A stretch of 64,000 bases of DNA from Antedon mediterranea. Lineage: Eukaryota > Animalia > Echinodermata. The stretch spans positions 13,534,871-13,598,870 of the forward strand of contig NC_092676.1 of assembly GCF_964355755.1 (NCBI RefSeq), given 5' to 3'. The position numbers and the translations under genes were made by a program. The notes beneath the pieces are model-generated. The model was not told the DNA's origin, searched no databases, and saw only the letters and a program-made list of their open reading frames with translations. How positions within the stretch are numbered: position 1 is the stretch's first letter; each line of letters begins with the position of its first letter. Positions 1-10,079 of the stretch are shown one piece after another.

Positions 1-9
1 ATAAACAGA

Positions 10-960
10 TTGGGCGGTATTGCCATGGGCAGTCCCATCAGCCCGATCGTTGCAAATTTGTATCTGGAGGATTTAGAAGAAAAAGCACTGCAAACAGCAC
101 CAGACGGAATGAAGCCAACATATTGGAAAAGGTATGTTGACGACATATTAGCTCTTATTCCAGAGGGATCAGCGGAACATCTTAACTCACACTTAAACAC
201 AATTGACAAAACAGGTAACATAAAATTTACAACTGAGCATATGTCTAACAATACATTACTCTTCTTAGACATCATAATTACACTGAACAATGGAGACCTG
301 ACGACGACAGTTTACAGAAAAAAGACCCACACAGACCAATACTTAAATTTTCACTCCTGCCATCCATTGGAACACAAGTTAAGTGTGGTTAACACTCTGG
401 TTGACAGATGTGAAAAAGTTGTCACTAAAAAAGACGAAAAACTAACAGAAATGAAAAAGATTAAACACTCGCTCGTTGGATGCGAGTACCCCAATTGGTC
501 CAAGGACAAGATAATCCAAAAAAGATCGGAGAACGGAAAACAAAATGTCAAACAAAACACAAAAGATACAACCAACAAAAACAAAGGAAACATAGGGATA
601 CCCTATATACCAAGAATATCTGAACGAATTAGACGCTGCTTATCTAGTTACAATGTCAACACTTGTTTTACTCCACAAAACAAATTAAGAAATCTTTTAG
701 TTCACCCAAAAGACAAAATAAAAAATGATGACAAACCTGATGTAATATACCAAGTAAATTGCAACAACTGCGAAAAAGCATATATAGGAGAAACAGCTAG
801 AACCTTATCCACAAGGATAAAAGAACACAAAGCAGATGTCACTTCACATTGTACAGGGATCCTAACATGCTCAGCCAGAAACTCAGCTTCAGAAATTGTT
901 CACAACTCAGCCATCACCGATCACATGACCACTCACACTCACTTACCAAATTGGAAAGTA
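10..960 (+). pseudogene. Penelope RT thumb + GIY-YIG endonuclease, disrupted ORF (continues at ~1875-1931 and 3438-3629)
   Basis: PLE motifs in the ORF track. The TDRQ repeat tail of the 397-aa ORF is read-through into an inserted microsatellite. Confidence 0.9.
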
Positions 961-1876
961 ACAAGGCCAACAGCCATTAAGTCGCGTGCTACAATGCATA
1001 GTGATACCGGACCGACAGACAGACCGACAGACCGACAGACAGACCGACAGACAGACAGACCGACAGACCGACAGACAGACCGACAGACAGACCGACAGAC
1101 AGACCGACAGACAGACCGACAGACAGACCGACCGACAGACAGACAGACAGACAAGAGAGACCGACCGACCGACATAGTGAACTATACTGACCGAAATTAC
1201 TGAACATGTTTAAAAATGTTGAAATGTTTAAAAACATTTATTTTTTTTAAATTTACACGTGCGTAGCCTGTCACTTTCGACGTGCTCGTATAACGTAATT
1301 TCGAGTTGAAAAGTAAGTCAAGAAAACAGAAATCGGGCAAAAAGAGTGCGCAACAACATTTAACGCGCAGTGCGCGCGCAAAAATATGCGCACTCATGGC
1401 AATTTTGTAAACGCTTAAAATTGCCTGAAATGTACTCTTATTTCATCGAAAATAAATTTTGAAAATGTTAAGCGCGCGTACGCATGCGTTACATGCGCTA
1501 CGCACGTAATTGTATTGCCATATGATGATTTATGCCCTGAAATTTATGAGTACCAAATTTTATTTAATTGTGATTCATGGTTGTGAAGATATGATTACAA
1601 ACGTGATTTCGTTAAATCGTGCGTAGACCACGTAATTTTTTATTGCGCACCGTGAAAACATAACCACATTGATTCCTGGCCATAAGGGATATACTGTGAA
1701 AAATTGACCTAGCTAGATTAAACTGATATCAAGATAAGGTCAGAAAGCGATAAAACGCATAGTGATACCGGACCGACAGACAGACAGACAGACAGACCGA
1801 CAGACAGACCGACAGACAGACAGACAGACCGACCGACCGACATAGTGAACTATAGAGTTGCTTCCACGTGACTAAA
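961..1876 (-). mobile_element. Helentron-associated / DINE-like non-autonomous element with (GTCY)n microsatellites
   Basis: Minus strand starts TTTTTAGTCACGTGGAAGCAACTCTATAG followed by (GTCG/GTCT)n, and ends GCACGCGAC...GGCCTTGTT. Inserted at AA/TT without a TSD. Two microsatellite blocks at ~1011-1172 and ~1772-1841. Confidence 0.75.
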
Positions 1877-1931
1877 AATACTAGGCACGGAATCTTCATG
1901 GAAAGACAGGAAAATAAAAGAATCAATAAAA

Positions 1932-3438
1932 ACTAGAATTTAATTCGTCACTTTGACGAATTATAGGTGATCATTTTTATCATTTTATGTACGCCATCCT
2001 ATGACATGATGCATATACACTTAATGCTGAGTTGTACCTATTATGTGTCATATGTACAGTATATCTATATACAGTGTAGCATAGGTGAAATTACGGGACC
2101 CACATCATATTCTAAATTTTTTGTATGATGGAATTATCAAAATAAACTCGAAGATGACAATTTCGAAAGATAGTGAATTGAGCAAATAAATATAAGGATT
2201 GAAAGAGAATTTGACACGTAGAAGCGCAATGCGCGCTCTTTGAAATTTGTATAACTTTGACTAAAGAAATTTAAAAACTATTTTTTAAATTCAACTGGCC
2301 ATATGATAACATCACAACATCCGATAGGCTTAATTTTTATATGAATTCATATCTACATTTCATCAGCTTTCATAATAAGTAATAATCTTCAAGGTCACCT
2401 TTAATTCTGAAGAGCTGTCAAATATTCAAATATATAGTGAAGGTGAAATTACACGACCTACGTTACTCAAGTTTTTACACGTGATGACGTCATCAAAATG
2501 AAAATATTGACAACTCATGAGAAAGATAATTAATTGAGCAAGCACATACTAAAATTTTTGCGAAAATCGGGCTCAAATAACGGAGATGAGCTCTATTGAA
2601 TGTGATAACCTACACAAAACGAAAAAAAATCCTAATTTTTAAATTGAAGTAGCCATTTGATGACGTAATACCATTTTGTACGTCTAATATGTATATACAT
2701 TTATATCTACAACTTATTGGCTTCCATATTAAGTTAAAAAAATTGGGGGTCATCGTGCATTCTGAAGAATTATTTTCATTGAAAAATGCCTTATTTTTCA
2801 TCATTTTCAGCACTTTTATGCAATTAATGTGCGCATTTTGTCATTTTTAACATGCTCGTATAGCGTTATTTTAAGTCGGAACGGACTCAAATTTGGTGAA
2901 TGTACTAAAGATGATGAGTAGAATGCGATTTCTACAAAAAATTCGTTTTTTTACGCTTTTTAAGAATCGCGCGCGCAAAAACACATTTTTGCGCAGTAAT
3001 TTTTTGAAACACGCAAATGGCCTAATTCATGCTCTAAATTGATCAAAACTTAATTTTGAGCTTTTTAAATTTTTAACGCGCGATTTCACGCGCATGGCCC
3101 TACGTGCACGTGAGTTTTTATTTGCTAATATTTTTACCCTTGACCTGAAGTTTATGTATAGTGAATTTCATTAATATGTGATAATGAATTATGGAGATAT
3201 GATTGATAATGTGATTTCACAAAATGGCGTATACGTGACGTCACGGATGAGTGATCACGCTGAAAAGCTTATTAGGACTAAGTTACAGTATTTGAAAGAC
3301 ATTGTGAAATTTTGGTAATCATTGACATTAAACTTTTTTAGATATTTGTTACACAAAATAGTGCCCAGAAACAATAATAACAATAAAGATTTGATACAAT
3401 AACAATAGGTGATCATTTTATTCTAAATGATCACCTAA
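1932..3438 (-). mobile_element. Helentron-type non-autonomous element (GGTGATCA subterminal-repeat family)
   Basis: Palindrome TAGGTGATCATTTTATTCTAAATGATCACCTA at ~3406-3437. The other end has AGGTGATCATT, the hairpin TTCGTCACTTTGACGAA and CTAG. TT target, no TSD. Same ends recur at 34786 and 59395. Confidence 0.8.
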
Positions 3439-3617
3439 TAAGAAAACATGGTAACACTATGAACAGAGATGACGGCGGTTTGGAACTCCCAAAATTGTAC
3501 AACAACTTACTAAAGAGGAGGCCCCGACAATCCCATTTAGGAAAATCTGAACGATCTATAGATGGCGCTATACCATATACGAGATCTAATGGTAACAAGT
3601 CCAAGTCACAGAGACTC

Positions 3618-3659
3618 ACTCATGATTAAGCTGCGTCGTTGACCAGCGAAAGCTAGAGT
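3618..3659 (+). ncRNA. Minimal type-I hammerhead ribozyme motif in the Penelope 3' end
   Basis: ACTC-ATGATTA-A-GCTG(CGTCGTTGAC)CAGC-GAAA-GC-TA-GAGT: stem I ACTC/GAGT, stem II GCTG/CAGC, palindromic AGCT stem III. A GTAAGT splice-donor motif follows at ~3667. Confidence 0.65.
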
Positions 3660-4384
3660 AAAAAACGTAAGTTTTACGATTTTTATTTGACTTTGGATCA
3701 TCCAAAAGAAAATTTACTTGAATAAACAGCATTCAATTGCTCAGGCCTAAATAGACCTGATTTTTTTCTTGTTTGAGTTTACTTTAGTTCCATGTGATAA
3801 ACACTAATAATTTCATTCAATAAAAATCAATTTAAAGGTACAGTTACGTAATTTCTGTGATTTTCCTTGAGAGCGAGTTTTTTAATTAAACAGCATTCAA
3901 TTGCTTAAATAGACCTGATTTTATCTTGTTTTACTTTACTTTATAAATAAATTTAAAGGTACAGTTATGCAATTTACTGTGATTTTTCCCTGATAGCGTG
4001 TTTTTTTAGTTAAATAGCATTCAATACAAATCCCCATTTTGTAACCATGAGTGCGGGTCCATTTAAACAAGCTGGGCAAGCTCTAAATTTTATTAATCTA
4101 CTATGTATGTATGCATATTGTTTACTAATTTAATTTTAACCCTAAATAACACTGTATAAGTAAGTCTTTTATAAAATGTCAGTGGTTAGGGGTTCATATT
4201 TATTATTAGGATTTTTACAGGCACATTTAAAAATATATTCAATATGGCATAAGCAGAATTATATCATCAATAAGAATAAAGGAGCGGCGTGACGGGAAGA
4301 GACCAACCGGTGAAAAAGTACCTTTAGAGCGGTCAGAACACAATTACAAATTTATAAGTTTATTTTTTATTAATTATTGTTTTA

Positions 4385-4860
4385 TATATATATGTTCTTT
4401 GCCTGATTTGTTTATATATATAAATTTCAGTATATCACCGGGCGGTTTAGAATTAATGTTCTGTGCCTGATTTGTTTATATATATAAAAGTATCTCTTCT
4501 GAGATCCCGCCTCGTGAATAAAAATACTGTAAGACGAGGGCGTATCAATTTGATCTCTGGTGCGCGTGCGTACAACTGAGGACTAGTGCTGTTCCGCCGT
4601 ACCACGCCGAGAATGTTAAAGAGTCGCTATCCAATCGAGTTCGAACAATACCATGAAAGCCCCAGTGGTCTAATGGTTAGGACATCTGCATATCAAGCAG
4701 GTGGTCCGAGTTCGAGTCTCGGTTGGGGCGACTTTTCTTATTCTCACAGATTTCCTCATCTTTATCGTTTCAAATTAATTAATTAAATTTCAGTATATCA
4801 CCGGGCGGTTTGGAATTAATGTTCTTTGCCTCTTGTGTTTATATATATATATATATAGAT
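4385..4860 (+). mobile_element. (TA)n-embedded element in tandem 3'-coterminal copies, carrying a tRNA-like cassette
   Basis: Three units of ~30, ~65 and ~370 bp all end ATGTTCT(T/G)TGCCT...GTTTATATATA. The block AAATTTCAGTATATCACCGGGCGGTTT is repeated at ~4422 and ~4785. Confidence 0.55.
4659..4730 (+). tRNA. tRNA-like cloverleaf, anticodon ATC (Asp-like), TE-borne and probably non-translational
   Basis: 72 nt. Acceptor GCCCCAG/TTGGGGC, D stem GTCT/GGAC, anticodon stem TCTGC/GCAGG with loop ATATCAA, T stem CCGAG/CTCGG with TTCGAGT, G73, then TTTT. Confidence 0.5.
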
Positions 4861-6057
4861 ATATAGGCCTATTACAAATTATTAAATTTGACGACATTTA
4901 GAGCATCGGCAACTTACCAAAGAAACGCTCGACTGAAAATTAACTTTATCCGATTTTTATTTTACATCGGCCGGGTTTAACGCTAAACCGCCTGCCCTAT
5001 TCTATTCTGAATTGTACCACCAATAACACATGCTATCAAAGTGTAAGATAAGACAAAAAAATCTCTCAGCACCAAATTTTTGGTTTGGCGGTATAAGGTA
5101 CGACATTACATAATATTCAATAGTTTTGTAATTAATCGATACCATTAATTCCAACAAACAAATGGTAGGGCTACTTAAAATTATTTATGTGGTCTATAGT
5201 TACCAACCGTCTCGCATCGTTCGGGACAGCCGCATTTCAAGTGTTTTTTAATGAAACACGCGTTTAAACCTAAGTAAGCCTATAATACGATGCGTTATCA
5301 TTTTTTATCACAATTTGAGAGAAAAATGCATTCAAATTAATTGGTATATTTTAAAAGTATAGAACATTATACGCGTAGGCCTATTTATATTATTACACCA
5401 CACATCAATAAAATACGTAATATCAGGGGGGAAAGTTTACAATAATGTGTCCGTGGTCGCTCGCCGTGACGAGGATGGGCCTATAACCATGCGTTTGTCA
5501 TGATCGCAATAATACACATGACATGTGTGCGTTTATGAAAGGTAAACCCAATTTTCTTGCTATTGGTTGGTGGATCAGTTCAATTTTTACACTCCAAAAA
5601 ATGTTTTTTAATAAAATAATTTCAAGAATCAGCATGCTGAAAAACGTTGAATTATAGAACAAAAAAAGAGTAACATACAATCTAATAATATTTGCATCGT
5701 TTACCGTACCGGAATACAAGAGGTGCCATTCATCACTTGTGGTGGCGCTATTCGATAATGCAACATGTAGTTTTATTTTGCTCTGAACCTCATGAATTAA
5801 ATCTGCTAAAATCTTTGAAACCGGGATTTAAATTGTTCTTCAAAGTGGATGATATGATATATTAATTGATAATAAGTACTAGTACCAAGAAATTTGTATC
5901 AAAAAGGATATATTTTTCGATATTCTGGAAGCGTCTTTGCTAAGTCGGGGTAAGTCAACTGGACCCATGTGAAGCCTACAGTATCCATACAGAGGAGCAT
6001 AGAGTCCTGGAAGCAGGGTGTAGGGGCTAGGCCTAGTGTTCCTTGAACTTAACAACC

Positions 6058-9000
6058 ATGGCTGAAGGTAGGCCTACTACTAGAGGGAAGGCAAGGGATA
6101 GAAAGGATATGGAACTGGAACCTAGATTTAGGCCTGCAGATGCTAGGCCTAGGCCTAGCCAACCTGAACAGGAAGCAACTCCACAGTCAGTTGAGGGAGC
6201 TTGTGCTATCTGTAAAACCATCATAGGCGAAAAGGATAAGGGCGTAAATTGTGACATTTGTAAGAGGTGTTTCTGCCTGAAATGTTCAAAACTCTCAAAT
6301 AAAATGTATGCTCTCCTCTCCGACAGCGAAATAAAGAATTTTTTATGGTCATGTGATACATGCCTTGTACAGTTACCTTTGTTGAAGAAAATTGCGGAGA
6401 TAAATGAATTGCAGGAAAATATGAATGCGAGATTAAATATTGTGGAAAAAACGCAAAAAGATCAGGCGCTTAGAGCATCAATAACCAATAAAAACATTGA
6501 AGTCATTGAAAAAATCCAGGTCGACACAAGAAATAATTTGATAGAATTAAAAGAGAGCTACGATCTAATGGATGGGAAAATTAAAGAGAGTGTTCAGGAA
6601 GGCATTGAAGAATATAGAGATAGAGAATCTCGTAAATTAAATATTGTGATCGAAAATCTACCTGAATCTGATAACCAAAGTTCTCAGCAGAGACTGAAGG
6701 AAGACAGGGTTGCTATTGAGAAATTATTCAATGAGTGTCTAGAGATAGAGGGAGTTGCTGCTGACGAAAATGACACATGGAACAATAATCTATTTCTGGA
6801 AGACAACATCCGGATTGAAAGTAGAACGAATTCTGATTGTATACTAAATTGCTACGGTAAAGATATATTAGAATTTTGCAAAGAAACTGGTATGCGAATC
6901 ACAAATGGTAGAATTGATAAAGAATCATCCAGTGGTTTTACATTTATCAGTTCACAAGGTAAAAGTGTATGTGATTACCTTCTTACTAACTCAAACAACT
7001 TTAAACTAATATCTTATTTAAGAATTGATGACCGTGTTGAATCGGATCATATGCCAATTGCCTTTAGTATTCAATTCAAAGACAAAGAACACACCAAAAT
7101 GATTGTCAATGAAGATGACACGTTTACCCAGAGTACGTTCAAATGGTCCAACAGTTACATTAATGCATCCAAAGTCAGATGGGAACATGATATCATTGAA
7201 ACTATTGATAATGATTTTATGAATGCTATCTCTCAAAATAAAATTGATGAGGCAGTTTCACATTTATGTAAAATTTTTGAATACGTATGTAAAGGAATTA
7301 AGTATACACAAACAAGTAAATCTTCAACTTCTACAAAACGAAACGAATGGTTTGATAAAGATTGTAAGAACCTTAAAATGCAGGTTAAACAATCATTAAA
7401 GAGATTTAGAATTATGCACACTCAACCTTTTTTAAATAATTATATTCAGATAAAAAAGCAATATAAATCGCTATTAAAATGCAAAAAAAATAACTTTCAT
7501 AAAAGAATACGCAAACAAATTATCGATTCACTCAATACAAAGGATAGCAAAACGTTTTGGATGAAGTTGAAGACAAAACAGAAATTATCTTGCGAACTTT
7601 CTATTAATCAATGTTATATTCATTTTAAGAACCTATTTAAAAACGATGAGTCTATTGGTAGCGCTGAGTTGCCAAAAATCACAGAATGCCAACAGAATGA
7701 AGACGATGATAATTTAGACCACGACATAACGTTGGATGAAATAAAAAAAGCATTTAATTCTCAAAATAGTGGAAAAGCTCCCGGCATTGATGGAATGAAT
7801 TTTGAATTTTTGCTAAACGCCCCCAACATTATTTTTGATATTCTAAAAATTCTTTTTAACGCCATATTTTTAGTTGAAAAATTTCCCAAACAATGGGCAA
7901 CAAGCTTAATCGTTCCAATTTTTAAAAATGGAGATAAAAACAAACCTGAAAATTATAGAGGTATTTCTTTAATTCCAATCCTAGGAAAAATATTTTTAAA
8001 TATTCTTAATTCTAGGTTAACACAATTTACAAATAGTAAAAAGTTAATTCATGAGGAACAAGCAGGCTTTCGTAAGGGATATAGAACGACAGATAATATA
8101 TTCATTTTAGATACCCTCATCTCTAAATACTTAGATAAAAAGCGGGGTAGGATTTTTGTTTGTTTTGTTGATCTTAAACGTGCCTTTGACTCTATAAATC
8201 ATACACTTTTACTACATAAGTTGAAATGTATCGGTGTTTCAGGCAGAATGTTACACATAATAAATTCCTTATACCAAAACTTATCTGCTCATGTTAAAAT
8301 TGGCAACAAACTTAGTCCATCTTTTAATTGTTCGATTGGAGTACAACAAGGTTCTCCGTTGTCGTCTTTACTCTTTAATATTTACATTAATGATTTGAGT
8401 GGTATACTTAATCAGGTAAACGATTTCATTCAAATTGGAGATTGTCATATGAATCATCTTCTTTATGCAGATGACTTAGTGCTTGTTAGTGATACGGTGA
8501 AAGGTCTCCAAAAATTAATAAATAAACTTGAACTTTATTGTGATACTTGGAAACTTACTGTAAACACTACAAAATCCAAAATTATGGTTTTTAAAAATGG
8601 CCGCAATTTAAGGAACATTGAAAAATGGAAGTATAAAAATATTCAATTAAAAATTGTTAATTCGTATAATTATCTTGGTGTTATTTTTAGTTCAAATGGT
8701 GCATGGAACAACTCAATGCAACATAATCAACAAAAAGCAAATCAAAGTTTATTCTGCTTAAAATCATTCATTTATCGTAACTTATCTTTTCTTCCAATTA
8801 ATACATGGAACCATATTTTTGATGTGAAAATACTTCCTATTTTAACGTATGGAAGCGAAATCTGGGGAATGTCAGATAGCACAAACATTATAGAAAAAAC
8901 ACATACTAAATTTTGTAGATATTTATTGCAAGTTGGAAAAAATGCACCAAATGCCGCTGTTACTTCTGAGTTAGGTAGATTACCACTTTCTGTGGATTGT

Positions 9001-9660
9001 TTAGTTACAGTTATAAGATTTTGGTTACATATTATTACTTTAGATCATGACAGATTCATTTTTAAGTGTTATGAGTTTCAACTTAGAAAAGTTAACCGTA
9101 ATGAGAATTGTTGGGCACAACAGGTCAAACACTTACTCTTTTCTACTGGTTTTGGTTATATATGGTTACAACAATATGTTAATAGTAAAGGTTTATTTTT
9201 GAGAGAATTTAAGTTGCGCTTATGTGATATTAAAAAACAAAAATGCATTCAAAAATTTAGTTTACATAATAAGTTAAGGCTCTTTTCTCTTTATAAAAAA
9301 GAAATATGTTTAAGTTATCACTTGACCAACATCATTAATTTTAAACAAAGAAGATTATTAACTAAGTTACGTTTAGGGATATTAGAGCTAGAAATTGAAA
9401 AGGGCAGATGGGAGGGTGTAGAAAGATATAAGAGAACGTGTAAATTATGTAAAAAGAACATTGTTGAGGATGAATATCATTTTATTTTGCAATGCACATT
9501 TTACAATGATTTAAGAAAAAGTTTTATTCCAAGATTTATTCGTGTTTTTCCTTCTATTAATAAGCTTTGTTTATTACTTTCCAACACAAATTTTACTTAT
9601 AATTTAGGAAAATACGTCTACTTTGCTTTTGAAAGAAGAAACCATTATCTTAAGTTATAG
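6058..9660 (+). CDS. Chimeric ORF: CR1 ORF1 N-terminus (PHD finger, coiled coil) fused in frame to RTE-X-like partial endonuclease + RT + C-terminal Cys/His motif
   Basis: ACCATGG start at 6058. PHD-like CAIC...CDIC...C..C...WSCDTC. Junction at 6757/6758, then KAPGIDG, QQGSPLS, YADD, SELGR and CKLC..EDEYHF..C. Confidence 0.8.
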   Translation: MAEGRPTTRGKARDRKDMELEPRFRPADARPRPSQPEQEATPQSVEGACAICKTIIGEKDKGVNCDICKRCFCLKCSKLSNKMYALLSDSEIKNFLWSCDTCLVQLPLLKKIAEINELQENMNARLNIVEKTQKDQALRASITNKNIEVIEKIQVDTRNNLIELKESYDLMDGKIKESVQEGIEEYRDRESRKLNIVIENLPESDNQSSQQRLKEDRVAIEKLFNECLEIEGVAADENDTWNNNLFLEDNIRIESRTNSDCILNCYGKDILEFCKETGMRITNGRIDKESSSGFTFISSQGKSVCDYLLTNSNNFKLISYLRIDDRVESDHMPIAFSIQFKDKEHTKMIVNEDDTFTQSTFKWSNSYINASKVRWEHDIIETIDNDFMNAISQNKIDEAVSHLCKIFEYVCKGIKYTQTSKSSTSTKRNEWFDKDCKNLKMQVKQSLKRFRIMHTQPFLNNYIQIKKQYKSLLKCKKNNFHKRIRKQIIDSLNTKDSKTFWMKLKTKQKLSCELSINQCYIHFKNLFKNDESIGSAELPKITECQQNEDDDNLDHDITLDEIKKAFNSQNSGKAPGIDGMNFEFLLNAPNIIFDILKILFNAIFLVEKFPKQWATSLIVPIFKNGDKNKPENYRGISLIPILGKIFLNILNSRLTQFTNSKKLIHEEQAGFRKGYRTTDNIFILDTLISKYLDKKRGRIFVCFVDLKRAFDSINHTLLLHKLKCIGVSGRMLHIINSLYQNLSAHVKIGNKLSPSFNCSIGVQQGSPLSSLLFNIYINDLSGILNQVNDFIQIGDCHMNHLLYADDLVLVSDTVKGLQKLINKLELYCDTWKLTVNTTKSKIMVFKNGRNLRNIEKWKYKNIQLKIVNSYNYLGVIFSSNGAWNNSMQHNQQKANQSLFCLKSFIYRNLSFLPINTWNHIFDVKILPILTYGSEIWGMSDSTNIIEKTHTKFCRYLLQVGKNAPNAAVTSELGRLPLSVDCLVTVIRFWLHIITLDHDRFIFKCYEFQLRKVNRNENCWAQQVKHLLFSTGFGYIWLQQYVNSKGLFLREFKLRLCDIKKQKCIQKFSLHNKLRLFSLYKKEICLSYHLTNIINFKQRRLLTKLRLGILELEIEKGRWEGVERYKRTCKLCKKNIVEDEYHFILQCTFYNDLRKSFIPRFIRVFPSINKLCLLLSNTNFTYNLGKYVYFAFERRNHYLKL

Positions 9661-9738
9661 TTAATTTTTATTTGTTTGTATTAGGGCCAAAGGCCAATAT
9701 ACTTTGAACCAATAAATTCCCTGAAAAGGGAAAGAAGA
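6758..9738 (+). mobile_element. 5'-truncated RTE-X-like non-LTR retrotransposon inserted in CR1 ORF1
   Basis: 15-bp TSD AGATAGAGGGAGTTG at 6743-6757 and 9739-9753. Uninterrupted RT frame, with AATAAA near 9711. Clade inferred from the ELGR and CxxC..EDEYHF..C motifs. Confidence 0.85.
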
Positions 9739-9753
9739 AGATAGAGGGAGTTG

Positions 9754-10079
9754 AAATAACTGAAGTGATCAGGCTTGGGAAATACACGGAAGACGGGTGT
9801 AGAATGGCAAGAGTTTCTTTGGATAGCCTGAAAAGTAAAAGGGAAGTGATGGTAAATGCAAAAAAACTTAGAAGCACGGATCACGCATTTCTAAAGAACA
9901 TATATATTAATCCTGATAGATCAAAAAAAGAGAGGCAAATGAACTATGAGTTAAGACAGGAACTAAGATCAAGGAAAGATAACGGCGAGATTGATCTTGT
10001 TATAAGAAGAGGTAAAATTATGAAGCGGGATAGCGAACTGGCGTTTGATCGTTTTCGAGGCCCTAGTTCATCATCATAA
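9754..10079 (+). pseudogene. C-terminal remainder of CR1 ORF1
   Basis: IRLGK...KKLR...NIYINPDRSKKER...LRQELRSR...LVIRRGKI is a typical CR1-group ORF1 end. It is in frame with the part before the TSD. Confidence 0.85.

Larger units (their letters stand above)
1..3680 (+). mobile_element. Penelope-like retroelement (RT + GIY-YIG), 5' end outside window, interrupted by two insertions
   Basis: ORF 10..960 has MGSPISP, RYVDD, YRKKTHTDQYL and VIYQVNCNNCEKAYIGETAR (GIY-YIG). Removing the insertions at 961-1874 and 1932-3437 restores PNWKV-KILGTESSWKDRKIKESIK-IRKHGNTMNRDDGGLELPKLY...THD* with the stop at 3627-3629. Confidence 0.92.

Noticed and set aside
939-1237. TDRQ / SVCR / SVGL repeat ORFs
   Set aside because: Translations of a (GACA/GACC)n microsatellite.
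5949-5992. GTAAGT...CAG mini-intron in the CR1 5' UTR
   Set aside because: Only ~43 nt with no pyrimidine tract; unsupported without transcripts.
6043-9660. 1205-aa ORF as a natural single-ORF LINE or a domesticated PHD-RT gene
   Set aside because: The 15-bp TSD and the resumption of ORF1 at 9754 show that it is an insertion product.
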